A program made the translations under genes and the position numbers. Positions 38,101-51,997 of a DNA stretch of 64,000 bases are shown here, one piece after another. Numbering within the stretch: position 1 is the first letter of the stretch; each line of letters begins with the position of its first letter. Under the pieces are notes generated by a model. It was not told the DNA's origin and ran no database searches. It saw only the letters and a program-made list of their open reading frames with translations. This DNA is from Eledone cirrhosa. Lineage: Eukaryota. The stretch is from the NCBI GenBank assembly GCA_964016885.1, contig OZ024740.1:191456001-191520000 (forward strand), given 5' to 3'.

Positions 38101-38234
38101 GAATTGCCCCTCTCATCTTTTCAATAATATCACTTTGACAAATCAGAGAAACGAAAAAAAAAAAAAGATGAAAACGGATCCTGAAATATACTTTCCGTGC
38201 TATTTCGAACTCCACCCCTCTCTCTCTCTCTCTC

Positions 38235-38277
<43 letters not shown>

Positions 38278-38341
38278 CAAACAGTGTATCGCTCTAGATG
38301 GCTGAATACAATAAATGTAATCTGAGTTTTTTAAATATAAA

Positions 38342-38522
38342 TAATAATTGTTTCTACTTTTGGCACAATGCCAGCACTAACCCAGTGCATTACTGGTACT
38401 TTATTTTATCGACCCCCGTAAGGGTGAAAGGCAAAGTTAACCTCGGCGGGTTTTGAACTCAGAATGACAAGTGACGTAGCTCTATGAGTCCGATGGCGTC
38501 CGACCTTCTACCCATACGGCCA
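38342..38522 (-). mobile_element. tRNA-derived SINE
   Basis: Same family as 43155-43342. Confidence 0.85.
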
Positions 38523-39492
38523 TAATAATAATATTCGATTGGTTTGCAATATTGAAAATATGTCAGTAGAATGATATCGTCCTTCTTGCTCTTGTGTTGG
38601 CATGAAAACTTGCCTAATCAATAACCAATCGATTTCATATATATATATATATATATGAAAAGAGTCAGCAACCCGACGGCTGAGCTCCGTTCTGTACTAA
38701 CCCAGTTTTCTGAGCACCGCATAGTCTGGCTGAACTTATCAAAGGTTAATTCCATATATGGACATGCACTCGTGTCAGACAGATCTCGAAGTTGTTTTTA
38801 TCAGGAGAGTGGTGAACGTTTTTGTAAACCTAGTTAAATTCCTTCATAGTGGAAGGTGGGGTGATAGGGGCGGCTGAACCTGCCTATAGAACACGGGGAG
38901 GGAGTAATATGACAATCTGACCTGTGGATGTAAGCCGGTCATGCGTTAAGAGCGAAATATATACAGCTATCTCTAAAAGGGTTAAATGAACTTATGATGA
39001 ATAAAGAAATCGTGGAATTAAGTGTTGGCTAGGGGGCAAAGTAAGCAGAATTTATACAGATTTCCACACTAATAAAGTTCAAGCAAATAGAATCTGATAC
39101 ATAGAATCTGTGTAGGTGTTTGTGTGTGAGTGCGTGTGTGCGTGCGTGTGTATGTGTGTGTGTGTGTAAAATAACCAAGATTAATTCGAACATCTCCATT
39201 CCGAAACCGGAAACACATTTTAAATACAGTTTGGAAAAACTATTTGGAAGACTAGACACGTAATTTAAATTTATTAGTAGTAAATTTGTAATGTTCAGAG
39301 ATTAGAATTGTTTTTAAAGGGTAACACACATCTAAATCATACATTTCGAATGATTCAGAAATATGCTCATCTTTATAAGAGTGGTGCTACAATGTGAAAT
39401 AGAGACTGTAGTACATTTATTTATATAGATAGACATGTATATGTGCGTCGGTTTGGATTTGTGAGTATGTGTTCGTGTGTGTGTGTGTTTGT

Positions 39493-39545
<53 letters not shown>

Positions 39546-39784
39546 TGTGTGTGTGTGTGTGTGAGAGTGTGTGTGTGTGTATGTGCGTCTGTGTTTGTGC
39601 GTTTGTATTTGAATGTGCGTCTGTGTTTATGCCCATGCTACTAATTACTTTAATCTTTATTTATTCCTACAATTAACTGATGATATTTAGAAACTGAAAA
39701 AGAGGTACTGAAATCTATGTTATCAAATGTATTATTTGCAGGTGATATAACATTATGATAGAAATGAAAGAAATATTATTGCTT

Positions 39785-39935
39785 ATACTTTGGCCACATG
39801 GAGAAGCAATTTGAAGGGGAGTGGAAAAGTCAATTAACTCGACCCCAATGCATTACTTTTGCTTTTTTTTATCGCCCACTTAAGATTGAAAGGCAAAGCT
39901 AACCTCGGTGGAATTTGAATTAAGAACGTAAAGTG
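39785..39935 (-). mobile_element. Older SINE of a related subfamily
   Basis: tgaaaggcaaagctaacctcggtggaatttgaattaagaac core plus an extra internal segment. Confidence 0.65.
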
Positions 39936-40793
39936 CAAAATATTAAAGCATGTTTAAAATGAGAATTGCCAGTATTAGTGTAGATGATTAATATACGCTT
40001 TTCTGAGTCGCTATTTAACTTTCCAATAATTAGATAACTTGTGATTGGATGGTTAAAGGACATTGTGATATAGCATTTTACCTTATCAAATCTACTCAAT
40101 CCTAGTTTAGCACGTGTCTTTGCATGTACATAAGTGAATGTTTAGATGTATTTCCTTTCTAAAGTGTGTTAAAATGTAAAACAAATCCTTCCATTCCCTC
40201 AGGTAAAGCATCAACATTCCGTTTCAATACCATAAGGGAAAACAATATAACAATAGATTTATGAAATTAGAAATTTTAAAGTAAGAATGTGTAACCATCT
40301 TTATATCTCAGTTTTGATTTCCTTTCATTCATAAAGTTTGTTTTCCCCAGGATTTGTTTACTTTTCCCCCGGTTTTGGTTTAAATGTTCTTCGTATTGTG
40401 CTCAAAACAAATCTACAGTATATATATAGTAAACAAAATTAGCCATACAAACAACGTACAAATGTAACAGTTCCTTATTATTCGTATACATTAATGAAAC
40501 ACACCTTAAAATGTATCAATCTTCGCTGAACATTTATTCATTTGCATCAATGATTCTTTACAGATATACCGATATTTGCAGTAAAGAAATATAGACAATC
40601 AAAGTAAGAATATTTTAAATATGTGACTTTGAATCACAGTGAAGAGGTTTGCATTAGCTTAAGTAAAAGAGTAAGGAAAATGCATTTTCACGTGGTTCAA
40701 TATACACTCACTCAAAAACATTGTGCGAATACATATGCATGCAGTCACACTGGGCTAAGAATTTAACCATTAGTCGTTACATATATGCCATTG

Positions 40794-40858
<65 letters not shown>

Positions 40859-40916
40859 TTATAAATATAGGTAAGATAAAACATACACTTGCATCTACAT
40901 ATAGACACACACACAA

Positions 40917-41024
<108 letters not shown>

Positions 41025-41059
41025 TATATATATATATATGTATAAATATATGTTTACAT

Positions 41060-41151
<92 letters not shown>

Positions 41152-41470
41152 GGGGTGTATTGTGTATAGTGTAGGAGTGTACGTGAGTATGCATATTTTT
41201 TATTGATCATGCTAATAATATCATGCTAATAATAAAATGTATGTTTATATATATTTCGACTTTCTGCGCTTTCCTGTCGGTTTGATCGATTAATCTATTT
41301 TACTTTTTACATTATGTATCAAAACTCTCGAATAGAAAAACATATATTTATGTATATGTGTGCGTGTGTGCCCGTGCGTTCGTGTGTCTATACATTCATA
41401 TATGGGAACATATGCACATGCATGTCTTCATACTTATGGGTATATGCAAACATACGCTAACACATCGTTT

Positions 41471-41534
<64 letters not shown>

Positions 41535-42604
41535 CACTCTTATATAAATATATGTACATACACCCATATATATCCACATACATATTTAACATACATAAAA
41601 TATTATATGTACATGCAAATTGAATGAATTCTCATGTTTTGTTTGTGTGATCGTACAATTTTTATATATTTCATATTCTCTATGTAAATAGCTGTCCGTG
41701 CTTCTTTAGTAGGTGTTTCAGTGGCGATACAAACAAATTGTCTTTTAGAAGGTTTTATTTCAATATTTTCTGCGATTTCTTATACTTATTGTGATTATAA
41801 ATGCTTGATCGTCTATTTTTTTCTATTTTCGTTTTCTCAGCTAATCTTTATACAAAACTGAAGAAAAAATATCATCAGGAAGTAAAATAAATGTATAATA
41901 TAATTTGTATAAAACAAAAGACAAATAGGTTTTAGCGATTTAGTTTTTGTTGTTTTGTAATCCAAGACATTCATTGTGCAAAATGTATTGGGAGGACTAA
42001 GAAGGTAAAGAAATTTTGTATATTTTATGGTTTCTCTTATAGTTATAATATATACTGCATTAAGGAATTAAAAGAAAATTCAACAAATATTTTCTCTGAC
42101 AGAGAGAAAAGTAGAATACAAACAAATTGATTTATTTCTTTAATTGTAACAATTCTTTCTACTATACTTTTAGTATAGCAGCACATACTTTAAATTTAAA
42201 AGTTATATTCTCATTTCTTTCTTTCTTTGGAATTGATTTTACATGTCTAAAGATGAAGAAATATTCACATAATAACTTCAAACTAGTCTCCGCCAGAAAA
42301 AACATATGTCAATATAACTTAGAATTTCAACAAATATGTGTGTTACAGATTAATTATATATGTGAGATGTGCTCATTCTAAATAAAATATTTACTGAACA
42401 TTGAAGTGAATCATTTCATCAATGCCACCTGTTTGGTCTACCCTAGACTAGACATTTATGACGTATTGGAAAACGATTCCATAGATCCCAATTGAACATT
42501 GCCTTTTGTTTCTGAGGTAAAATCATAATTATCTATAATATAATAATTGCAAATTTTTATTCAATACAACTTAAATAAAGAAACATAGCATTGGCCAGTT
42601 AAAT

Positions 42605-42668
42605 GTACTCTTTTACTCTTTTACCTGTTTCAGCCATCCGGCTGAGGCCATGCTGGGGCACCGCCCTT
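42605..42668 (-). mobile_element. SINE 3' tail of another subfamily
   Basis: Minus strand gggcggtgccccagcatggcc...gctgaaacaggtaaaagagtaaaagagta; resembles octopus SINE tails (from memory). Confidence 0.55.
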
Positions 42669-43154
42669 GTATATACATTTCAAGAATACTTCGTTGGTAT
42701 AGAAACCAGTCAATATGCATAAACATCTATCCACTTCCATTTTCTGAAGGGTTGAAAATTAAGAAAATTAGAGACTTACAATCGACATACATTTGATTAT
42801 AATAAGGTGATTGTTTCTTAGGTTTGGCAAATATGTCCTGCAATATATTCCATGGTTCATAAACACGAGCATTTGGTCGGCTGTACTGCCCCTGGGATGC
42901 ATGCTTTTAATCAGCTAGCTTCAACTCGAGAATAACCCTGCATCTCTTCACCACATTATTAGCCTACACTTTACTGTGGAAGCTTAAAAAGCTCATATAT
43001 AATTGGTGCAATCACTCTTCACTACCTTTTTGAAAATTTAATTATCACACCGATAAAAAAGCAGTTTATTTTATTGGGGTATATTTTTGTTTAAATATAT
43101 TTAATATGGGCTGATGTTTGGATCTCATTGCTGTAAATGAATCATTATTATCAA

Positions 43155-43342
43155 GTGGATTGGCAGTATCGGTAGAAGGTCGGACGCCTTGCTTTGACGC
43201 ATAGAGTTACGGCCCTTTCCATTCTGAGTTCAAATCCTGCCGAGGTTAACTTTGCCTTTCATCCTTACGTGGTCGATAAAATAAAGTGCCAGTAATGCAC
43301 TGGGTAATTGCTGGTCTTATGCCAAAAGTAAAACCAATTATT
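43155..43342 (+). mobile_element. tRNA-derived SINE (reference copy)
   Basis: A-box-like TGGCAGTATCGG, B-box GAGTTCAAATCC, central gcctttcatcct...gtcgataaaataaagt, (ATT)-type tail. Confidence 0.88.
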
Positions 43343-44621
43343 TCTCAAATAAAGAAATCATTATACGCAAAAAAAACCAATAGACCCATAAATGTGCATA
43401 TAAGGTGAGTCCACGAAGAAAGCTTGCCCATGCTCAGACAACAAATGAGGAATGACAGCCAAATACATTTGAAATCACAGTGCGAGAAAACTATATCTGA
43501 AAAAATAAAATTAGTACGATTTTATCTGGAGATAGACAACAAATGAAGATACAGAAATGCTAAAATTCTATTTTTATTTTAAGACGCTACAATTATTTCT
43601 ATAGTGCATAACTCTATTGATTGTGTTTCTTTTATTGTTTAATATAGCATCATACTCATCATATGTTCATCGTTTCTGATGTCTAAGAATGAATGATACC
43701 TTAAAAATCATTCTTGTGCACTTAGGCCTTGATCTATCCAAGCTGTATTCAAATAAGTAACTTGTTATTTGAATAAAATGTTATATCTATTTTCAGACAT
43801 AGAACATTTTTGGATTGTTTATTAAAACTGACTAATGTACCATTTGATCTATATTTAAGTTTACAGCCACTTATATATGACTGAATTGAGATGAACATAC
43901 AAGTCAATATTTCCCTATTTTAAGTATGGATATATGTAAATATTGAAACAATTCCCTTTATTTCTGCTTTCGAATATTCACTTCTAAATTGACTTTGGAT
44001 AACATAGTTGTGGCTTTCTTCTTTTCCGTTTCATTTATGTAGCTTTTCTTTTCGCATAGTCTAATGAATTATGCACTCGAGTAGCATGTGATCGTTATGT
44101 GTTATACATAGAAAATTAATAGGAAATATTTATGTTTTATTTCCGAAATATAGATATAATGAACACATAACGCACGAGAATAATAAATATAGCATGACGA
44201 GTAATTTAGTCAGGATCACAAACTAAAGAAATTAACATGTTTAGAACAATTTTAATGACACTAAATATATATGGCTTGAATTTCAATTCTAATCTGTGGA
44301 ATCACAGAACCTTTCGTTATTCTGCATTTTAGCACGTCATATGTTTTTCTAGGAATGGAACATATACAATTTATTTTTGATAATAAATGATCATGTGATA
44401 CAACATCTGTTATATAGTGCGAAAGACAAGATGTAGCTCTATAGACAAATATATCCAGTTTGGGATGATGATACATAGGACAATTATTTTGCGTTACCTC
44501 CACGTTTTTTCGTATTCAATTCTGTTACGCATCATATAGAGCACATCATATAGAGCAGCGTTTCGTTCTGTAGCCTTGGAATGTTAGTGAAAATTGGTTG
44601 CTCATACCTATATGCGCCTTA

Positions 44622-44691
<70 letters not shown>

Positions 44692-45694
44692 TGCACTTAT
44701 GTGTATGTTTTTACAGGCAATAGGCAGTGTATTATTGTATGTCCTTGTGTAATATTGAAGTTCAAATGTAGACGGGCAGATTCTGCAGCAAATTGCACAA
44801 GTTGATACATTTCTCCTAATTTCATATTCTATTAAATGCTGTTTTCTTTTTATATCCGTACTAATATTTACTTGGATTAGCCTATTTACATACATATAAA
44901 TGAAAGTTTGTTTATTTCTTTGATTGCGTATATGTACATGTCAATATGTGATTAAAACATCATTCTTTCTATTTGGCAACACTAAGGTGAGATATTGGTA
45001 AATAATACCAGGAAGAAATATGTACTATCATTTGTTAAATAAATGAAATATAAACAGGATATGTTCAAATGCTTGTAAAGTATTCTATGGTCACCATTTT
45101 CTCTTGGTATCAGATTATTTGCGTGTTTGTGGTAATTCTAACGTCGAGCTGGATCCAATATATACACATAACAATGCTGTATATGTTAATGAGTAAGATT
45201 TTCCTTTGTATTCTACATGCCATGATCATCGTCATATGTTTGTAGTTCTAACGATATGCCTACTGTTTTGTTCAACACGGAAGGAAATAATAAAGAAAAG
45301 TGGAACATGCGTTTTGAACATTCTAAAAGCTCTATATTTACACAATGGGACTTAAGTGTATTAAATGTTTCACTTCAATTTCATATATATGTAACGTGAG
45401 TAAACAAAACATAATAACACCAGGTAAAGCATTTTGTCCAGCAACGTATGGATTCAACCACCTGAACCGTTTGCCAATAATTATAAACTTATTTACTCTA
45501 CACTTGTACCGTCTGCACAGATATATTTGCTTATATATGTTTGCGTATATGTGTATATATGCACATATAAATATATATGAATGTAGGTATGAGTATGAAT
45601 GTATATCTATAATATAGTAAACGGAGAGTGCGCGACAGTGTCCGTTTTATATTTTCTTTATCCCGTTAGTAAAATAAGCTGGATTACTTTCAAT

Positions 45695-45907
45695 AAATAA
45701 TTGTTTCTACTTTTGGCACAAGGCCAGCTTTACCCCGTGCATTACTGGTACTTTATTTTATAGATCCTGTAAGGAGGAAATGTAAAGTTAACCTCGGCGG
45801 GATTTGAACTCTGAATGGCAAGAGCTGTAACTCTATGCGTCAAAGCATGGCGTCCGACCTTCTACCGATATTGCAGATCCACCCTCTACCGATACTACCA
45901 ATCCACT
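45695..45907 (-). mobile_element. tRNA-derived SINE with duplicated 5' end
   Basis: Family match; tctaccgata...tccac occurs twice at 45861-45907. Confidence 0.85.
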
Positions 45908-46169
45908 TTCAATAAATAATGAATGAATATTATAAAATTCATATACTAAATGTTATATCACATGTTAAAATATAAAGAATTTAATGTATTGCTTAGTTCA
46001 AGATCAACTTCAACTACCATGTTTATAGACAGAGCGAGGCTTATTGCAGAGAGAGATACAGACAGATCGAGTCACTATGTGACAGATATCTAGGCCCACA
46101 TTCAACAAAACGCAGGCGAAAGGTGTGGACAATCGAGTAGCTACCAGAGCAAAAGATAACAATATCGCG

Positions 46170-46570
46170 AGGAGCACTGAGTAAAGCTAGCCAGCTCTCA
46201 GCATTACCTAGGGTTATGGTGAGGCTGAGGTGCTGGAAAAACCATGCGCCCTCACGAGCATCACCAGTTATCTCGGTTAGGCGAGCCGCCAATGAAGATA
46301 AGAAACACACACTCAGTTGCCCGATTACCCCAAACGTCTCGAACGCCTCGCCAGGAAATTGTAGTTAGCCGACAGACCATTATTCCGTTCGGCTGAGGAT
46401 GCAGTGGCTCTCGCCTTTACCGCTGAACCCAGGATCAGGGAAGTCGCAAAGCGTCACTAACTGTGGTGTCCCCGATAAAGCACCTGCCTATTGACCAGGG
46501 GCACAGGGTAAGACCGCCAGGTTTTCTCCCATAATATCTGGACAACACAGACGGTTCCATAATTCAGGGG
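46170..46570 (-). mobile_element. CRE-clade non-LTR retrotransposon 3' fragment
   Basis: KPGGLTLCPWSIGR...DTTV, AFETFGVIG, FLSSLAARLTEITGDAREGAWFFQHLSLTITLGNA. Confidence 0.75.
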
Positions 46571-46650
46571 ATGGTTTGCAAGGCAAAAGCTCTTAGGTGA
46601 TATTAGGGCAGTGTGTTTATGTGCACGTGCGTGAGTTTGTCCGCATTCTT

Positions 46651-46692
<42 letters not shown>

Positions 46693-46899
46693 TGCGTCTG
46701 TGTGTGTGTGTGTGCCGCCTTCCTTATATGTACACACACATATGTTCAAACAAACACACGCATACACACACTGTGTGACGGTCGGATGGACAGAAGTCGC
46801 TCAAATTCATATACATGCGAATAGAGTTCCACTGTAGCAGGTAGAGAAGTTGAAATATTCACGCGTGAAGGAAGGCGGAGGCTGAATTAAGTGCAATAA

Positions 46900-47420
46900 T
46901 TTCAAAAGCTGATGCAGTAATACGCCAGTTTCAGCACTAATTAACCGGAAGTGAGGTAGGTGTAAAAGCTAAATTCGCTCTGTTCATGGTAATCCTGCCA
47001 ACCCTTATCTATTGTCATGATTCTGGGGTAATGATCGAATGAATACTATTGCAAATACAAGCTATCGAAATGTGGTCGTTCTGAAGTGTCTTGGAAGTAA
47101 CTTCAGTCGATGAAGTGCATAGCTCGGAGATCAGAGACTCACTCCTGGTAGAGCCACTACTTGTCGGATTGAGAGAATACAGCTCCGATACTATGGACAT
47201 GGGCTTAGAATGTATTGGGAATGAATCGCTGGATCTATTTTACAGGCAAAACCAAGCCGCAGGTGACCCTGAGCAAGATAGTTGGATAACATCCATGGGC
47301 TTGGCTGTTCACTCTTGGGGATCCAGCTGGATGAGTTAGAGATGTTTGTTTCTGAAAGACTCGCTGGAAGGTGTGTTTTAGAAGCACTCTCACTCCACGA
47401 CCCTCTCAGAAAAAGTTGGT
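46900..47420 (+). mobile_element. Old RTE-clade LINE 3' fragment
   Basis: QIQAIEM...DEVHSSEIRDSLLVEPLL...IERIQLRYYGH. Confidence 0.7.
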
Positions 47421-47989
47421 TAAGCAGAAAACTATATTGTCAATTTACTTTTCAATTTACATATCCTATCTATATGCATATATATGTGTGTATAATAACA
47501 ATACGCACACTACATATGCTAGCAGAAAACCACCCGCGGTGGTACTTCTGCTAGTATATATATTCGTATGTTTGTGTGTGTGTTTGTGTGTGTGTGTTTG
47601 TATAGGTGCCAATATGATCTTCACTTCTTTTAGTTGGGCCGCATTTAAATGATAATATATTCATTGTGAAATTAGGCAGTTATTAATTCAATCAGCATAA
47701 GATAATTACTAAAGTGCAAACATGAGAGTGAATAACTTAACATATTTATATATTAAAGCAATATAGTTTACACATTTTGCGTAACTACCTGTTTACTCAT
47801 AAATTGGATGTTATTACTTCCTCACATACACTTATATAAGTGGTAGCTTCGCCTACCCATGACGAAACGTCTTGCATTCGTTTTGAAATGATGTAATGAT
47901 TATGTTCATTTAAATTCTACTCACCATACACAGTAAAGAAATAGATCCGGTGCTACGATAAATTACACCAAACCTACACTCTTAAGTGG

Positions 47990-48222
47990 TAATGCTGATG
48001 CCACGATAAGACGCACTTAGACAACATTTATCAGCAGGCAGGTTTAGTGCCACGATAAAATGTTCACAATAAACACCCTGGTATGTATGGCGTTAGGTAG
48101 AGCCTCCAGCCTTAAAACCCACTTCAGAATAGTACATATATGCGAGACGTAGTCATCTAACCTGTCTAGACTCAGAACGTGATAACCCGACTAATCGGTT
48201 CAAGCATACAATATGGATTTAA
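47990..48222 (+). mobile_element. Probable old SINE 3' half
   Basis: Repeated tgccacgataa and ggcgttaggtagagcctccagcc; resemblance to cephalopod SINEs is from memory only. Confidence 0.35.
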
Positions 48223-50247
48223 AAGAGTGAACATGGACGTTCCAACGGGCAGTGAATTCAACAAAAGAAAGCATTACGATTAGAGATATAATGGGATACA
48301 CTCAGGCTAATAGGCAAGGAGTGGTTGTAACACAAATCGAACGGTGATCAGAGGCTAGGAGAAAGATTAGGAGATATATGACTTTACAGGAGTTGAAGAA
48401 AAAAAAGGATTCTAAAAGACCCCGGAAGGCAGTTCAGTAGAACCAACAGGGCCAGTGGAAACACATTTGATGAATATTCTTTATCTCTCAAACAAGATTC
48501 GTATAGTAGACTTATCTTCGCCAAGGTCATTACAGATGATCAGTGCTACGATTAAACGCATTCTAGTTATCTCTATACAGTCTTTAATCGTTCGTGCAGT
48601 GCACGCAGCTGACTAATGTATCTATTGGGCCTTTTTGGCAGGATGGTTGTCCTTGATTTCAGGTATGTGTTGCTGTTATTTTTCGTAGATCAATTCACAG
48701 ATAGAGGGCTCCATTTTATCCAAACAACTGGGACAAGCGTGTTTCTGCTTGCTCAGAGACACAAATCCCACTGGTCGCAGATTGGTTTCAACTGATATAA
48801 CAAGAAAAACAAAATGTTTGCTATTAATCCGTGTGTGAAATAAAATACTATTTAGATGTAGAAAATATATTTTTAGTCAGGAAATATAAAATAATTCAGA
48901 TTCTGTGTGGCCAATAACCGCATCATTTCTCATTGTGTGATTACATGTTAGCAACTCAACAATTCTTATACTTTATTTTTGGTGACAACAAATTTGCCAT
49001 AGCATATAAACATATATAATTTTTCGAGATTTCAAGACAGATTCCAATTTCGGGGTTCACTGATTCACAGGGCAGCATGGCAGCTAAAAACATCTGGTGA
49101 GGAACATTATGATTTGTTTACACCCATGACATTGCAAATAAATTATTTTGGTACATATTTTATAACCTGTCGTCACTTTTCAGTATGATTTTCCTTAAAT
49201 TGTATAGAATTTTCACTTGTATTAACTATGTCAATAAATGTTTTATGAATCTTAAATATAAATTATATCAAATTCGTTGTACTACACATCGTTTACCGAT
49301 TTATTTATTGCACTTACAATTTTATCATTTTAATTTAATGAAATATGAATATAAGAATAACAGATATTATATAAGGAATAAAAACACTAAGTTAAGCTGA
49401 AAACCAAAATAAGTTTTTCTTCATAGATTTATAGTTTCGTTTCATTTTCAAGTTGCCCACTAGAAATTAAAATGTGTGATAATGTTATATATAATGTGTT
49501 TCCTATATGAATTAATATAGTCTTTTTCAAATATTTTTTCGTTCGAGATTGATAAGATTTAAATATATACGTCTTCTATTGTAACATTAAATCAACTGCA
49601 TTAATGAAAGACATTTCAGCAAGCACCAATTACACAAATCTAGGAGGAAAGTTCCATTAGAAACGGGAGAAATCTCTAGTAATAGATGTTATTCTCGTAA
49701 GTCCCATATAGTTGCAAATTATCACATAATTCACTCTGCTTGTAAATTCCATTATGAGTGAAATTTGTTGGGTGGAAAGTATACGTACATAGTCGTAATA
49801 TATATATATATATATAGTAATAATAATAAATTTGAAGACTAAAATCCAGAGAGGGCTCGATAAGGATAAATATATATCAAATATATAAGAACCGTAGAGC
49901 AAAAATTTATTAAAATAACAGATTAAAGTTTAAGCAAAGAATCGCTGCTTTCACCCTTAACGGGATCTTCTGAAACTAACAAAATCAATCTGTAAACGCA
50001 GAAGTGGATATTTGAAAAGACGTTGCAACTGGAGGCAAAGAACGGGAAAAAACGAATATAATACGTCATTAATAGGAGCGGTGAAAAACAATTACACGCA
50101 AAGACAGAACCACGTTTATGATATAAAATAAGTCGTAGACTAATGTTCTCTTAGGTGGTTCATAGAGACGTTTATTGGCAATGAACGGAAAACACGAAGA
50201 TAATACGTCATATGTGGAACGTGGAGAACAATATATATATATATATA

Positions 50248-50419
50248 TAACGAAGGAAATGTGGTAAGCAACCAGGTGGACCATAACGCACCAAAGTACT
50301 CAATACTTAGGGTAGTAGAGTGGGTAATAGGAACGATAAGACCCCGATGGCTGAGCTCAAGCCGTTTCGACGGCTAATTCTGGACTAAATTTAGTCCAGA
50401 ATTTAGTCCTACTCGTTCC

Positions 50420-50421
<2 letters not shown>
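50248..50421 (-). mobile_element. Copy of the 10561-type repeat with a small fold-back
   Basis: Family match; local palindrome aattctggactaaatttagtccagaatt. Confidence 0.8.
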
Positions 50422-50468
<47 letters not shown>

Positions 50469-50557
50469 TAACGAGGAGTTACTGTACGTTCACCCATGTG
50501 AGCACTCGATGTTTAGGGTCACGTCAGTAGCGAGGTGTAAAGCTAGACAGAGTGTAA

Positions 50558-50810
50558 TATAATAATACTAGGATGATTTGTTAAGCCTTCATTACGTTCA
50601 TCGATTGTTGACGCGCGTTTTGCTATTTATCAGCTGAAGGTTCGATATGTATCGATCTGCCATTACTACAATAGATTTCCGACGCGCTTTTGGTTCCAAA
50701 GACAGGCAAGATTAATACAGATAGAATCTTGGAGCTGATCAATAGCGAAACGCGCGTCACCAATCAATGAACGTAATGAAGGTTTAACAAATCGCCCTTG
50801 TATTATTATA
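50558..50810. repeat. Imperfect inverted repeat with hammerhead 3' half
   Basis: Arms about 50558-50661 and 50705-50810; GAAAC-GCGC-GTC in the right arm. Confidence 0.85.
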
Positions 50811-50955
50811 TACATATTTCTGTTTGTATATTAAAATGGTATAGTCCACTATGTATTGAGTACCTTACTTCCAGTGGTTACCTCCGATTGAACGCGGTAT
50901 ACATACACACATACACACACACACCCACACACACACACCCACACCCACACACACA

Positions 50956-50989
<34 letters not shown>

Positions 50990-51344
50990 AATACACATAT
51001 ATATATATATATTTATTCAGGTAAGATCAGGTTTCTCCCTAATAGTGGTTATTGGTTGATTTGTCGGTGACTAAACGAGCTCTCAAATCAAACGATGGTT
51101 GGGTGAGTGGGTAGTTAGTATCCCAGCAGAACACGAAAACAAGAACTGTTAAAAAGGTGAAATAAAACCGCAGATTCAACGGTTAACAACCCCGAATATG
51201 GGTAAAATAACCTCACCAATCTGCAATCGGACAAACGAGGTGAGTGCGCGTTCACTTGTGATCAAACTAAAACCGAACAGAAAGCGCTGAAGATCAACTA
51301 CGGAGAGTTCCCTCGAATAGAAGGTAAACCGCCCTAGATTGAAT

Positions 51345-51406
<62 letters not shown>

Positions 51407-51540
51407 TAGATAAATCTACCAAAATGTACGGTAGTGTCCAATCCGTATGAAGAACTCAATGTAATCCGAATATCATGAAAAGAGAAAATGTATTCAAAAA
51501 AAATTTTCGGTGAAAATTAACGGAAAACAGAGTCAAGATA

Positions 51541-51812
51541 AATTAATAAAATAATGAATAAACAAAGAAACAGTTCCTTATATTTAAAAATTCATCATCT
51601 TACGATCGTTTCTAGGATATATATCTTAGTGTTGGTATGCATATCCTATAGATCTATGTAAAATTTTTACAAACTATCAGCGGGAATATACATACCTACA
51701 CATATATATGCTGTCTTGAGAAATAAATATATATATCCTAGAATCGATCGTAAAATGATGAATTTTTTTAATATAAGGAACTGTTCTTTGTTTATTCATT
51801 ATTTTATTAATT
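51541..51812. repeat. Inverted repeat, about 83-bp arms, with hammerhead 3' half
   Basis: Arms 51541-51624 and 51731-51812; the left arm reads GAAAC-GATC-GTA on the minus strand. Confidence 0.85.
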
Positions 51813-51907
51813 TAAATATATATATATGTATAAATATATATATATATATATATAAATATATAAAATTACAAAATATGAGGAAATAATATACCTATCTTTT
51901 CTTCAAA

Positions 51908-51997
51908 TCTGGACTGCGGATTCGCCGATCCGTGTGCCACTAACCTGCACTATAAAGATGCCTCATCGCCGTGAGGTTCATACGACTTATCAACAGA
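51908..51997 (-). ncRNA. Degenerate U3-A8 hammerhead
   Basis: Minus strand TCTG-TTGATAA-GTCG...CGGC-GAATC-cgca-GTC-CAGA; one substitution in GAAA. Confidence 0.55.

Noticed and set aside
43155-43240. tRNA gene suggested by A and B boxes
   Set aside because: No cloverleaf; it continues into a SINE body found in many copies.
49940-49975. CAGAAGA...GAAA on the minus strand
   Set aside because: Core, stem II base and stems I/III are all imperfect; not distinguishable from chance.
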